Below are positions 1 to 14,029 of a stretch of DNA of 64,000 nucleotides, piece by piece. The stretch is taken from positions 131,955 to 195,954 of the forward strand of contig MNCI01000405.1 of assembly GCA_015680685.1 (NCBI GenBank). Direction: 5' to 3'. Source of the DNA: Gnetum montanum (taxonomy: Eukaryota; Plantae; Gnetophyta). The first letter of the stretch is position 1, and every line of letters begins with the position of its first letter. Position numbers and translations under genes: made by a program. The notes under the pieces were generated by a model that saw only the letters and a list, made by a program, of their open reading frames with translations, did not search any database and was not told where the DNA came from.

Positions 1-599
1 CGGCCTGGTGACGCCATTGCAAGCATCGACGCCACCGCACAGAATCACTGTCGCGAAAATGATGTGCTTGTGCAGCTTAGAACTTTGAGAGATGTGTTTG
101 AGAATGGTGACCATGGACACCATAGCAGACCTAGGGTTTCCACATTGGAGCATAACAACAGTGGAAATAATGGTAGAAACAATAATACTAGTAGCAGCAG
201 CTATGCCTGTGTCTCAGCAGCCATGTGGGTGGAAGACAAGGTTGTAGCAGCAACGTGGTGATGAAAGGTGGAATGCTGTAGGGATTTGTTTTGTGGTGGA
301 GGTTGAGGGTGGAATAATTTGAAACTGATTGCAAAAGCTGAGCAGTTCTAGGCCTGGCGCCTTCACATTCGGCCATTACATTTGGAGGTTTTCTTAATGG
401 CGCCAAGAAGCCAGCAACAAATTTTACGTGTATTTAAAATGCAAATATAGATGATTTACTTATACAAATTTACAAGGACTACCTTTCTTTATTTAAAAAA
501 CCATACAGCTGCCAACGCCAACGTCTACACTAAGGTGGATGTCAAATTACTTTTTTACTACCGCCTATTCATGAAAATTACTAGGGCTTCAGTGGTTAA

Positions 600-2060
600 T
601 AAAAATAACAATTGTATGAAGCTCTTATAGTATTGAAGATCTTAGATTTATTTTATTTTATTTTATTATTATTATATGGTTTGTCACTTATAAAAGAAAT
701 ATTTGTAATATTTACACATGCCAATGTTAGCATGATTTTCTCCTAACTTTATGTATAAGTTACAACTTCCTAACTTGTTGGGCAAGTTATAACGTCCTTA
801 CTTGGGAGAGAAGTTAGCCAAGATATTTTGGAATATCTAACTACCTTTTGAACCCTATAAAAAGGCTTCAGGGATTAGAAGGGAGGTAACAACACTCTTG
901 GAAGAGCATTTGTAAAAAGACATTGTGAAAGATTACTTGTAAGATGACTTGCTAAAGACAACATTTCAGCCTCTTTGTCATAGTCCTGTGAGTTATGCTT
1001 ATGATTTTTTATTTTGTTTAAATTTTTTAGCTAGTGGTTTAGATAGTATCATGCTTGGCAAGTAATTTTGGGATTTTTAGATTGCTCTTATTGTTCTTGT
1101 TGCATGATAGAAAATTTCTATTAAAATTTTGCCATAGAAGAGCTTGTGTTTGAAATCCTTAAGAGCATTTTAGTAGTGAATTTTATTATTGTGCAATGTA
1201 TAAGAACTGCTATTGAGATTGTTATAAGAGAGCCTCTACATGTAGTCAAGCTATTGAATGATTCAATAGTCAAGAGGGTTCAGAAAATCTTTGGTATTTT
1301 GATAGGACCAGAATAGCTTCTTTTATCTTTAAAGTGAATCTCCGTGGTATTTCAATCAAAAATTGTCAAGTCTTTTGAAGGTTCTGTTGAATGCAATTGT
1401 TTACATCCATTATCTAGCCAAAATAGAGTCTCGTATGTGATAGTTTATGTAGCATTTTTTTTGGATAGCATAGTAGGAATGTCTTGAAGAAATTGCTTAT
1501 TTTGAGCCATGGAAGTTTGAACAATTCATAGTTAGTGAATTTGGGATAGCTTTATTGCGAAGTGTTTACTCGTATCATTTTACCTTGTTTAAACATTTGA
1601 GATCTTTACACAAATCTGCTTTCTTTTTCTCTTCTTTCTATTTTCATTGAATCTCGCTCTATTTCTAGTTTTCTTGTGGAACTATCTCTTTCTCTGGGGA
1701 AAATTAGAATTAGATTCGCAGAGTTGTGCTCAAATGTTTTTGCAAAATTTTATTTGTTACAAGTAGGTATTATAAGGACCGCATAGACTAGGCAATTAAA
1801 CAAAAATTTGTATCTCAACAGCTCGCAGTACTTTGCAAAGTTGGCTGAATCTCTTTAAGATAAGTCATTTGTAGTTTTACACATAACCCAATCGTTTCAT
1901 TTTTCACAACCGCACATTGCAACAGCACACACACATACTCACATTAACTACTGAGTCTATTTGAAGTTATCTGGGCCTTGGTGTTGCCAGAAAACCAACA
2001 AGCACCTAAATCTTGTTTGAGGATACTCGTTGGCGGTCGCGTCCCAAACGGTCGCCAACA
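600..2060 (+). repeat. Probable LTR or solo-LTR relic
   Basis: CTATAAAAAGG TATA at ~856, T-rich U5-like body, terminal ...CGCCAACA at 2060; 5' end and TSD not found. Confidence 0.35.
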
Positions 2061-4799
2061 GTTGGAAAATGTTGAAAACTATGGAAAATGTTGAAAACTA
2101 TTGGAATGGCTAGAACTAATGGAACAGATGTCTACATTAGTCATGCTTTAGCTATTAAATACTTAGGGTGACTATGCTAGCTATTGTTGGAAAAAAGGAA
2201 ATGCAAACTGCCACTAATTCCAAAATGGAAAATCCAAATAGTTCCAATGTTGCATCTTCTTTGGGTTTTGGTGGTGACTACATTGGGTTGAAAATGAAAA
2301 ATTCCATCTATTCCATCTACACCTAGGGGCAGATGGTTCCAACGTAGTTGAGGCTATAACCCTACAAAAACCCATGAAAATGTTAATTTTGGCCATTTCC
2401 AAGGTAGTTTTAGCCTTACCAAGTCCAAATATAGACATGAGGCATCTTTTTTCACTTCGGAAATGAGGAAATAACAACTTTTGACACATTTTTTAGCTTT
2501 ATAAGCTAAAGCATGCAAGATTGTAGCTCATGGATTATAAATCTTACATTTACAATGAAATCTTGCCTCAAGTTGGGAAATGAAAGTTACAATTTGAAAC
2601 ATGAAATTTTGGTGGTGTTTCACTTTGTGCTATTCCTTCTAAGCTATAAATGTACACCAAATTCATCCCTTGATACCCAACTTATGATGAGCCCCATGTG
2701 CGATGTATTTGTATTCTTATTATATGATATGCATCAATCCCTATTACCTAGTTCATTGACGTTCATGATGCCCTATTAAGCATGATAACTAAACTTGGTA
2801 TTGAAACCTAAAGAGGGTTTTATTTTAAAAAAGAAAAGAAAAGCCATGTAACTAAAGTAGACTATAGTAAAACAATCACTCTTAAAAAAAGTCAAGTGGC
2901 CAAAGTGATCCATAGAAAACATTGGTTTCTTGAAACATGAATAGCTAGAAAATAAAGTATAAAGCACAGATGATTATCAACAAATAGGTATATCACTAAG
3001 GTATCAAAACTATTAGTATACTAGTGACATTAGCACACTCTAAATTTCTTGTCCTTTCTTTGATCATTTCTACTGAACATTTTGACAAATTACATTACTC
3101 TAAATATTTACCATCCATATTGGCCATGACCTCTTATCTTTATTTTCTTAATACTACCTCACCACTACAAATACTCACTAGCATGACTCAACATATATGG
3201 AATAAGGTGTGAAGAGAGAAGCATTTATAGTAAACCTACAGTTGTGTTTCATATTTTTTGTTGATGTCTTTTAGAATAGTTCTCTAAACATCAACAAAGA
3301 GGGGCTAAAGAAATACCTAAAAAAATTTGATTATAAATAGGGAATCCTTATGTCTTGGTTAGATCAAAAAGAGGAGAGCCTGAATCCATTTCATGTAACT
3401 TTTGGTGTAACTCTGATTCAAGACCAAAAGCTAAAGAAGTGCCTTGGATCCTTCATAGAGATTCTCTATGTAACCTTGTTTCATTGTGATCCTAAGCCTA
3501 ACTTGTAATGTAAAGCACAAGTAATAGCACAAATCAAAAATATGCTGATAATTATGCTAACCATGAGTTCACAATGTAAACAAAAAATACATTAAAAATT
3601 ATCCTAGCTAGCATAAACCACAAAATAGTCTAATGGAATTATGCTATTATTGGTTAAGTTATGCTGGGCAGTTACCATGTGGAAAATCAATGTAAAAACA
3701 TAGGATGATAGCCTATATGAGCGAAAACCAAGATTATTTCAAATAGTTTTTGAAATAATTTTCAAGGTATCATCTAGAAGCAAAGGCCATGTAGAGAAGA
3801 GCACTTTTTGTGATAATAGTAGAGCATACCTCACCCTTCCATGCTCTAAAGCACTACAATAGCCTCACCATTCATGATGAAACTTTCAATTTTTAACATG
3901 CATAGTAGCCATTCTTTGGTGACAGAGTCACCAAGGTTGGGTGTAGAATTGGAGACTCTTGAGGACTCTTGTGCAAGGTTAGAGTGTAGATCAGAGACTT
4001 TTGAGGCCTCTTCTACAAAGGTTGAGTGTAGATTGAAGACTTTTGAGGCCTCTGCTACAAGGCTTAAATGCAAATCAAAGATTCCTCAAGCTTCTAGAAA
4101 CAGTGGTTAGATCTATATTTTCTAAACTTTTTATTTCATATTTAAGACAACTTTGTAGTATTTTCAGCTATTTCCTTTCTAATTCTTATGTACTGGTCTT
4201 TCATTGTTTGTGGATCTAGCGATTTGATCTTTGTTTATGCATTCACTATTTTTTCTTTCTAATTATGTTAGTTTAGTAATAGATTTTTAAGTCCTTTGGT
4301 GATCAACAAGATCACCTAAGATACCTTACATCCTTCAAGACTATGGATCCTAAGATTAAATTATTCATTTAGGAATTTTTACCATCCAACACCCAATTTT
4401 TCCCATTGTTACATTGGTTAATCTATTATGAATCTTGTTTATCTATCATTAGAGTTAAAAACTTTTAAAAATTAGATTATCATATAGATAGTTAACGTAT
4501 CAAAGATTTGATGAACTAGTATTTTGTCAACCAAGAAAGTGTCCAATCAACCTAGGCATTTAAAATAGGTATAAAACTATACAAAGCTCATTCAATCCAT
4601 AAAATATATGGTTAACCTAAATAGTGTATAATTAATCTTACAATACTGAAGGAACCACAAAATTACAAGGCAAAACATAGAGTAGGTATAGGAAAAAATA
4701 ATAGTATCCAAAACTACATAAAATGAAAATTTGCAACTATTCTACTCTAAGAATAAATTATGAACCTTCCTAATGTAGATTGAGAAATTACATAACTAG

Positions 4800-6600
4800 G
4801 TCAGTTTGGACATGGTCCATCTTCCAACTCTCTTTCCTATATTCAATTTGATTGGAAGGAGATGGATCAAATATATTTTTTCTTTAACATCTATCTTTTG
4901 TACTAAGATTTTAGGTATGCATACTTTCCTATTTTTGTGCTTTTGTACCATCTTCTTATACTTACCTTGGTTGGCTTGCAAAAATCTTATATTATCATAG
5001 CCATAATATTCTCTATATGTATAATAATATTATATGTGACCTTAATTATAGTAATAAAATCATTGAGTATATGAGTTTCTAAAAAAGAATTTAACCTTGA
5101 AAGATAATTCCACTTATCTTGTATTATCCATGTAGGTCATGTTGGCTTGTATTCAAGATCTAATTTATTACCAACTTTCTTTGATTTTCTCATCATCATG
5201 TTCAAACTAATAGTCCCTTGGGTGAATTTCTAAAGATCACTTGGAAGATTTGCAATTTCTTAGGCTTGATGCCCTATAGTGAATTTAGAGTAATCAAGTT
5301 ACTTGAGGTAGTTCTTGATTTCTTTCTCTTTTTCTTGAAGATGTGTGTCTCTCTCCTTGAGACATTTTTGGAAAATACTACAACTTGCTTATAAATCACA
5401 CTGAGGAGTCTATTTCTCTCGAATTTCAACAATTGAAGCTTCAAAATTTAATTATTATTCATAGATTTTTCTGCATATCTTTATGAAAATACTTTGTAGT
5501 TTGATGAAAGAAATTTAGAGGTATTTCATAACTTTTTTCTTCATTCATGCTCTCCTCTTCTTCAATAGGTTGAACTTATTTAATAGCTATCATGAGAATA
5601 AGGTTACATTCTTTATTTATCTCATTATTAGATGAGGACTTCTCTCATTCATTCCAAGAGTAAAGGTTTTTTTTCTTTATATGTTTTCTCTTTATTTTTA
5701 TTCCTTGAACATTTAACTATAATGTGACCATAGGCATGATAATAATAATACTAAATGTCACTCTTCTTCTCATCCTTCTTGTGATTATTCAAATTTCTTT
5801 TTCTATTGTGTTTTCTTTTGAGAAGCATGATAAATTTCCATGATAGGAGGGCTAGTTCTTCCTCATTAAAGTTATTTAGGTTATCACCTTTAACTTCATT
5901 AAAATATTTTAGTACAATGTTCTTCTTTGATGATTGAACATCATTAGTACAATGTGAATTGGATGTATTAATTAAATTTGTATAATCTAAAGTAAAACTA
6001 ACAGAAAAATATACTTGTAAATATTTAAATAAATCTAACTAAAGAACATCTAAACTAAGATTAAAAATAAAATAAATAATTAAATAAAATAAATAGTGAT
6101 TATAATGGTTTGTCTTGCACCTAGTCCATTCTAGAGGGCTATTAAATATCTTCTACTCCTATCATTCCAATTTTGAAATCATTAAAAACCAATGCCAATA
6201 TTAAGGATTTCCAATCTCAATTCTTTAGAATCATTAAACTAGACCTCAAAATCAAGGAAAAGAATTAATGATTTTGGAATGACAAAATACATTAGATTAC
6301 ATCCAATACAAGCATAGATCATGCAAGAGATATGATAATAAGGGCATAGAAATATAATGAAAGATACTTTTTCTCTATTGAACATCTTCTCTTACATATT
6401 TAAACATTTTTTGCCTTCATTTTCTTTGATCTTGATTATTGCTATTAATATAATAATCTTCATTAAATGATCCATCTCCACCTATGCATTAATAATAATA
6501 AGAGATATGATATTCTTAGATTAACACTCCACCATTGAAGATAAATGGTAATCTTTACTCCTTAACACTTTGTTCATCTCATAATGTTCCAAGGATTTTT
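4800..6600 (-). mobile_element. Decayed retroelement gag-like relic
   Basis: Degenerate zinc knuckle I*YYYYHAYGHIIVKC on minus at ~5705-5755 within a purine-rich minus-strand stretch; extent uncertain. Confidence 0.35.
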
Positions 6601-6849
6601 TGTTATTTCATTTTTTCATTTTTCCTTGATTAGTCAATCTTAATTAAGTTTGATCAACCTATGATCAGTTCATCAAATTCTACATTGGTCAACCTTATAA
6701 TTTTTCTTGCAAAAATGTGAGATCTTAGTGCAGCCATCCTTCATAGCTTTGGGCATTCAGAAATGAGACACCATCATTATCTACTAGTCTCAAGTCAAGA
6801 AACTAATGGAAAGATTAGTTGACCTTAAGGATGATGCATTTCCTTCCTT

Positions 6850-8300
6850 CTAAAATTAGTAAGCTCTCAAGTCATTTGACCTTAGGTGAAATTAGTTGAT
6901 CTATCAGACCATTTGGTCAACCAAATGATGTAACACCATTTGTTTATAAATTCATTATGTGAGATTCTTTCCATATGTTCAAATCATCTAAGTTTCCACT
7001 CTTATAGCTTATCCAAAATATAAGTCACTCCAAGTCTTTAACTAATATATATATTATGTATTTTATCTCTTTTGGTAACATAAAACATCCATTGAAGCAT
7101 TTACATTTCTATTATACTAATTTATTATTTTTGCCTATTTGGTACTATTCAATGTTTTGTACATAGAAGATAGTATGTTTGATTAGTATCCTATAAGATT
7201 TTCCTTTCAATTTTATTGGTGTTCTTTTATGATATAAAAAATAACTAGCATATATCCATTTTGAATATAATGTCTCAACTGTACTATTTATATCTTTATT
7301 AGTTTTATCATCTGATTGGAGAATTGATCCTAGGCAGTAAAACTATTTGCATGGAGGGATATTTGGCCTTGAATTATTACTTATATTTCATCACTATTTA
7401 TGTTATTATTAAAATTTAATTACATATAATTTATCTTACTTTTGCTAATTTTTAAGCCTTTTGATTTTGGATCATGTCTCTACTTCTCTAACTTTTTAAA
7501 AATATTTTCTTGAGTTGTATCCACCAATACAAGATCATTTATAAATAACATCTACCAAGGAGTTTCATCTTATATTTTCTTTATTAATTCATTCAAAATA
7601 ATGTCAAATAAGTACATGCTAATTGTAGATTCTTGATGTAGACCTACTATGACTAAAAAATCAAGCATTATACCACAAGTTTAAATTTTAGTGTGATCCC
7701 CTTCATCAATGTATGGAATTACTTTAATATATTTATTAGGAAAGTTTTCCTTTAAAAGTATCATAAGAGTATATCTATAGCCACTTTTTCATCTATTTTC
7801 TTAAGGCATTTAATGTGATCAATATTCTTACATTTCTTATTTCTTATTTTTTAAACTTATAAATAGAATTTTTTTCTTCATTTATTTATAATTTCTGATA
7901 AAAGCTATCCAAGATTTTATGTTTGGCTTTGGCTATTAGTATAGTTACCTCCTTTCTCATTTTGTATCCTAGCCTATTTTCTTGTCTATCATATGAAACA
8001 TAATCAACTATGCTAAATCAATGTTAAATCATTTTCAAACATTAATGCTTATCCTATTGTATATTCTTCATGGTAAGCATGATATTCTTGTCCATCTTCT
8101 TATCTTCTTCTTGGTTGTAGAGTGAGTTAGACTCAATGTTTACTTATGAAATATCATAATTCTTAATATATGATTCTTCTTTTCTAGTGGATCAAATAAT
8201 TTTTGAGCCCTAACATCTATCTTTCACATAAGATGATGGACTAGAATTGGATAAGCATCCTAAAGACCTACTTGATGCTAACAAATGCATTCAAGTTTTA
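6850..8300 (-). mobile_element. Heavily decayed Copia pol relic
   Basis: Minus-strand traces in Copia order: KLFDP..(post-INT SH3-like, ~8200), a YVDDL-like segment (~7530) and an RPDI-like segment (~7365); many stops and frameshifts. Confidence 0.5.
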
Positions 8301-11300
8301 CTTATGTCCCATCATCAAATTGATGCACGTACGACTACTATCTTCATTAAACTGTATAAAATAATGTTTGTAAAAATTCATATGACTTCTAAAACTACTA
8401 TTAATTATGCAAAAATATGAAATTATTTCTTTATACATGTATCAGACAACAAAATAATTAGTATAGTCATAATTTAGTTACTTAGCTCTTAAACTATAAT
8501 AGTATTATTTTTCCTTAGTAAAGTTAACTTATTCAATTTTTGAAAAGCCCTTATAGTTTAAATGAATTAATATAGAGTGTAGGATGATATATATTTAGTT
8601 TGGAATATCATTTCTAAAACATTCACAAATCTACAGTCATCATGAAACATTGTCATGACTATGTTTGTGAGATCCTATTCCCAAATATCATGGCAAATGT
8701 CAAATATACTTTCTATTTGGCATTACACATCAAGAAAATAATATGGAAAATGCAAAAAGAGAAAAAGAAAGAAATTATTTATTAATATGAAATAATGTAT
8801 TTAGGTTATACTTTGAGGGTTACTTGGGGTTATCTTCCTTCGACATCTAATGAGTTATCTAGTAGCATTTTGTAAGTTAATTGTAAGCCCTAGATTCAAG
8901 ATGTCTCAAATGCATCTTGTGTTTTCACATATATGGTTGAGGTTTCTATCTTTCAAGTATGCATCATTAACTTATTTTTCTCACTCATAGATTTGGAACA
9001 TGTTTCAGGATTTTCTAGAAGTTTTCCACTTTATTTGGACACCATCAAAAGATTCTTACTTGTTCCTAGGCCTCTTGGCTTTGATATGGAAAAACAAGAG
9101 TAAAGTATGATTACAAGGATGTGTTGGCTTCCCTATGCTAGTGCACCCCCTATGTTAGCATAAAGATGTTGATTCACCCTTCTTGATGTCCTAGTTTGGA
9201 TACATTGCCTCTTTGGCCACTTTTGAGTTATCCAGGCTATGTTGAAGGACCTCCATTAATGGTTGGCCACTGGCGAACCCTTGTCATTGTGTTGTAAAAA
9301 CTATAAATACTCAAGATGCACTCCATAAAGAATTATCTTACTTTCAACTGTTTCATTTTGGGATTTTGACATCCAATTTCATGTGAAGAGCTCTTCATTC
9401 CTTAGGTAAGTGATTCCTTCCCTATTTTATGTGTTTTGATCCATCTCTTTCACAACTGTGGCTAGACTTTATCAGAGTACTAGCTTTCTTATGTAGCTTG
9501 GAATTGTTTAGTTAATGTAGAGGATAGTGTTCATGCAGTAAATAAAGCTTATTATTATTTTTTAGTTTTTCATTGTTTATACCTGAAATATTAAAAGACC
9601 AAAAATATTATAAAATATTAAAATCATAAAAAATATTTATTTCCTCATTTTCATAAGCTATGATGATTCAACCTTGCCTAAGAAGGTCACAACTCTATGA
9701 CATGATGTTGGGCCATTGAGGCTATGACTAAGAGCCATTTATTATACTTTGTATGTGCATATGTATGTGTGGTGTTGCATCCATTCCTTGAGAAATTACA
9801 ACATGATCATTGTCCTTATTCCCAAGTGAGATTACAATGCATGTATGTTTATCATTGTTTATTTGTTTCTCATAAAAATAAAATCCATAAAAAGGCATAA
9901 AACATAAAATTATAAATATTTTCTTAATCTCACACTATGGAAACATAGGTTTCTATTTGTACCACATGTATTATAATATCTTCTATATTTATTGAATGCA
10001 ACGATATACATAATTATTCTTTCTAATCCATTCAACATCATCCTTGAAGCTTATGATTAGATCACATTGTGATTTGTATGATATATTCCTTTGATACACA
10101 ACTAGTTGGACTCCTATCATGAGTACTATTTACAACAACAACATTAATGAATTATCTAGAAATACTTACACATTTTTTATTTTAACTTTTATTCAATTCC
10201 AATATGTGTTTTAGTTTTTTGTATGTACATTATCATGAATGTAATCGAAATTGTAGAGAGTGCTAAGAGCTCATCTAAGACTTCTGGTAATGCATGAAAA
10301 AGAAGATGTGATTTCACTACTTTTGAAGAATCAAAGGATAAGATCCTTCCACTAGCAATGTTTTCTTATCATCAAGATAAGCAGGGGAGATGGAGTGTTG
10401 CTCATGGCTAGTTTGCAAGAGATTAGATTATTGCTATACCTAATGATATCATTGATGCCTTAATCAATATAGGGATTGAAAATAAACACAAAGTATACAA
10501 GACTGATGAATCTATGCTCAATGATTATGAGCCTTTGTACATGTAAGGTATTCAAGATTAGATGGAAAAAAGATTTTTTGGCCATAGATTTTCATCTAAC
10601 CAATTAGATGAAAAGCAAGAGGCCAAATAAAATAAGAAGGATAAATGGCCAAGCCACTACTAAGGTCCCTAGTTAGGTAACTTCACATCAAGTGTAGCTC
10701 AACATGATGATCTTCTTTCTAGGTTTCAACATCTACATTTATTTAGACTTGCTAGTTGTAATGATGATTCCTCTTCATTTAACTTGGTTAATTATCATGA
10801 TTTGATGAAAGTTGTATACATTCCAAGGGAGCATGTTCATAATAGTAGGGTCAAAAGGATGAACATGGATAATGTACCAACCAATAGAGGGTATACTAGT
10901 GATGATCCCTAGCTTCATGTTAAAGCCTTTGATAATGCTTACTACCTTTAAGGAATCACAAGTAATTGGTAGAAGTTGTGGTTATTTCCTTGCACCTTCA
11001 CTAAACATGTAGAAACCTAGTACAAATATTTGCCTCCTCGATCAATCCAAAAATGGGAAGATATGATCAAGGTATTCTATACAAAATTTTAGACTTATTT
11101 TGAATCTCAAACATCTAAAACAAGATGGATAGATCAAGGCAAGGAGACCAAGAGCCTCTTAATATCATCATGAAGAGGTACATGAAAACTACCCACTACT
11201 ATTAGAACCATGATTTTATCGAAAGAGTGTAGTTGATGCATATCATTAAGGAGCTAAGTTTGTAGACAAGAAAGTACATGAACATATATGTAATGGGCCA

Positions 11301-12141
11301 AGTATGTAAAAAGTCCATGGCTCCAATCAAGGTGTTCTTGAACATCATGTCTATCATGGAAGAAGAATGGAGGAAGAAACAATAAACTGAGGAGCATAAT
11401 CATAATCTATCACATAAGTAGGAGGTTAAAAATATTGAAGGTACTACCAGAACTCCTATTGTAGTTGAGGCTCTTACTTAGGATCAGGTTAGAACAAACA
11501 AGCCTTGATAGACCTAGTTCATCATGTGGATTGGGTCTGGGATATGATGGATGAGAAGATGATCACTACTCTTAAGGACATTAAGGGTAAGGTGGTTGAG
11601 GCTGCAACTAAAGTAATTGCATCAAATGAACAAAGAAAAAGATATGATGGTAAGGGTAAAAAAAGGCTCTCTTAATCCTAGAGCATTTAAGATGATTCAA
11701 ATGAGGCTTTTACATCCCCTTCAAATAATAAGAGTTCTTGTGAATATTATGTAGACTCATGATTCTCAGTGCTATTCAATCATGGCTCACATGATTGGTG
11801 AGATGGAATAATCTAGGATAACTTTGAATTTCAAATTCATTAAGATGTTGATAAGAAGGACTCTATACCATGGCCTTGCATAGTATTCAAGTGGTGCTTA
11901 TCCATAGGCCATGTAGTAATACCAGTAATGGCAAATTCCAAATCCTTGGGATGATGCTCCATGGAATCTTCCTTCTCTAATAAAACAATAGATGATGCCC
12001 CTACCTAATTCTTATTTCCATGATTTACAAGAAGGTATATATCAAACTCTAATAATGATACCTTAGTAATACCTACTTATTCCTAACAATCCTACCAAGC
12101 AAGCTTCCAAATAGTAGTAGTTTCTACGTTTTGATCCTATG

Positions 12142-12345
12142 CAAGGTGGGATTCCTATTCAACTGCAACTAAGGTAAGCTAAATAATGTAATATTACCTA
12201 TGGTATTCATCATACTTCTATTCCTGCTCTAGAAAATATTACCAAGGTGGGATTCCTATTCAACTACAACTGAGGTAAGGTAAATAATGTAATATTACCT
12301 ATGGTATTCATCCTACTTCTATTCCTACTCTAGAAAATATTACCA
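12142..12345 (+). repeat. 101-bp tandem duplication
   Basis: CAAGGTGGGATTCCTATTCAACT...GAAAATATTAC at 12142 and 12243. Confidence 0.9.
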
Positions 12346-12815
12346 AACATCTATTGATTTGATTGTAGGATGAAGTTTGAGAACTTGCAATAGGAAATTT
12401 TACTTCAAACACAAATGTGAGAATCATGCGACCAGGTCTATATCTTTCTCTTCATCTTGTGGAGAGGAAAGTCATTCAAGAAAAATGAAAGTCCATTCTT
12501 ATGAGATCTCAAGAAACATATCTGACCATAATTTAATAATAATATCTACTTTGGGGATAAGTTCCTAGGATATGTTTAGTAGGAATAGCATGATGGCATC
12601 TAATGATGATGTTGTCATCATTTCAATGTCCATGGGGGAAACATGAGCAATTAAAGAGTAAAAGGTTTTTGAAAGAGATCAAATCATAGTAGTCCCATGA
12701 TGGATATTTAGATTAGTGGAAAGGATCATTGACTAGCTCTCTATGACTCAAGTTTAGGAGTTAATCTCATGTCACTTCAATAGTACCTTGATTAAGGGCT
12801 TTCTCCTCTTTAGTA

Positions 12816-13974
12816 TGTTGACCTTTCGGTATGTCAAAACCATAAGGAAAATGGAGAATAAAGAATGTTTGTTGTGGATGGCATGTTTACAGGACATGAA
12901 TAAGAAGTCCACATAAGGACTAAGGACTCAAGGAAAACGAGATCTACAATGAGTTGACAAAGTGAAGATCTTATGAACCAACATGAGAACATGAACAAGA
13001 ATCATAGACATCTTAAAAACCAAAGACTAAAAACCAAATGAAAATGCTCCAAGGATTGGGAAGAAGCCAAATTAACAAGAGTAAGCCTTAGGAACTAGAG
13101 TTCAAAGAGTTAAGGAGACATCTCCAAGAAATAATAGACATCTTTGCTAAAAAGAGAGAAATCATAGATAGATGTCTCTCAAAAAATAGTAGATGTTTCC
13201 ATTTGAAAGTAGACATCTTCCTAGAGATATCCCACTTTATAATGAAACATCTCTCCAGAATTAAGGTAGATCTTAGGTTGACATCTCAACTTTAAAGGAG
13301 ACATCTACACTAGCTGTTAGGTAGTTGTTGCATGAATTTCAAGGTGTTTTCAAAAACTACAAAGTTATAAGAAGACATCAAATTATTGGGAATTGAGCAA
13401 GTGTTGTTCACATCAAATCAATCATTGTCATATATATGCTCCTGTACTCTTATCCTTCATTGTCACATCATTTGCTTGGTTGTATGTTAATTGAATGTTG
13501 AATTGAGCTTAAACAACAAGGACTTGTAATTGTAGTTATATTCTTTCCTTATATATTTTCTTTTTCTTGTTATGGAGTTGATGTGCTTCTTTCAAGAAGA
13601 CATATGTATTGAGCTTGTCATGATCCTATGCGATTGAGTGCTTTTGCAACACCAAAACACTCTAGAGTGAAGCTGAATTTTGTTAAGGTTATGGAATCCT
13701 TAAAACCACATTCTGAGCTTGTTGGGACCTTATAGGGTTGATTGCTTTTGTAGGGACAAAACACTCTAGTATGGAGCTTAATGCTTGTATAGGATGTGAT
13801 GTCCTTCAAACCATATTTGATAGAGAAACAAAGTCTAGAGGTGTGCATAAATTCTACCCTTTGAGTGTAGAAGTATCCAAGTTGGGAAACAACATACATT
13901 TTTTTATGTTATGTGGTAGGTACAATTTTAATTGAGGACTTAACCATCCCCTAATTCTAAGTTCTTGATCCTCA
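12816..13974 (+). repeat. 5' LTR of Copia element
   Basis: TGTTG...CTCA, colinear with 17729-18872; ORF-track peptides 13618-13899 and 18517-18747 are near duplicates. Confidence 0.9.
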
Positions 13975-13976
13975 AA

Positions 13977-13988
13977 TGGTATTAGAGC
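13977..13988 (+). other. PBS, tRNA-iMet type
   Basis: TGGTATTAGAGC, one C>T from TGGTATCAGAGC, 2 nt after the LTR end. Confidence 0.85.
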
Positions 13989-14029
13989 CTGGTACTCTTA
14001 TGTTTAGCTTAATTATTTAAGAGTGAACT

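Noticed and set aside
1-420. GC-richer ORFs at the window start
   Set aside because: Short, low-complexity and truncated by the window edge; cannot be assigned.
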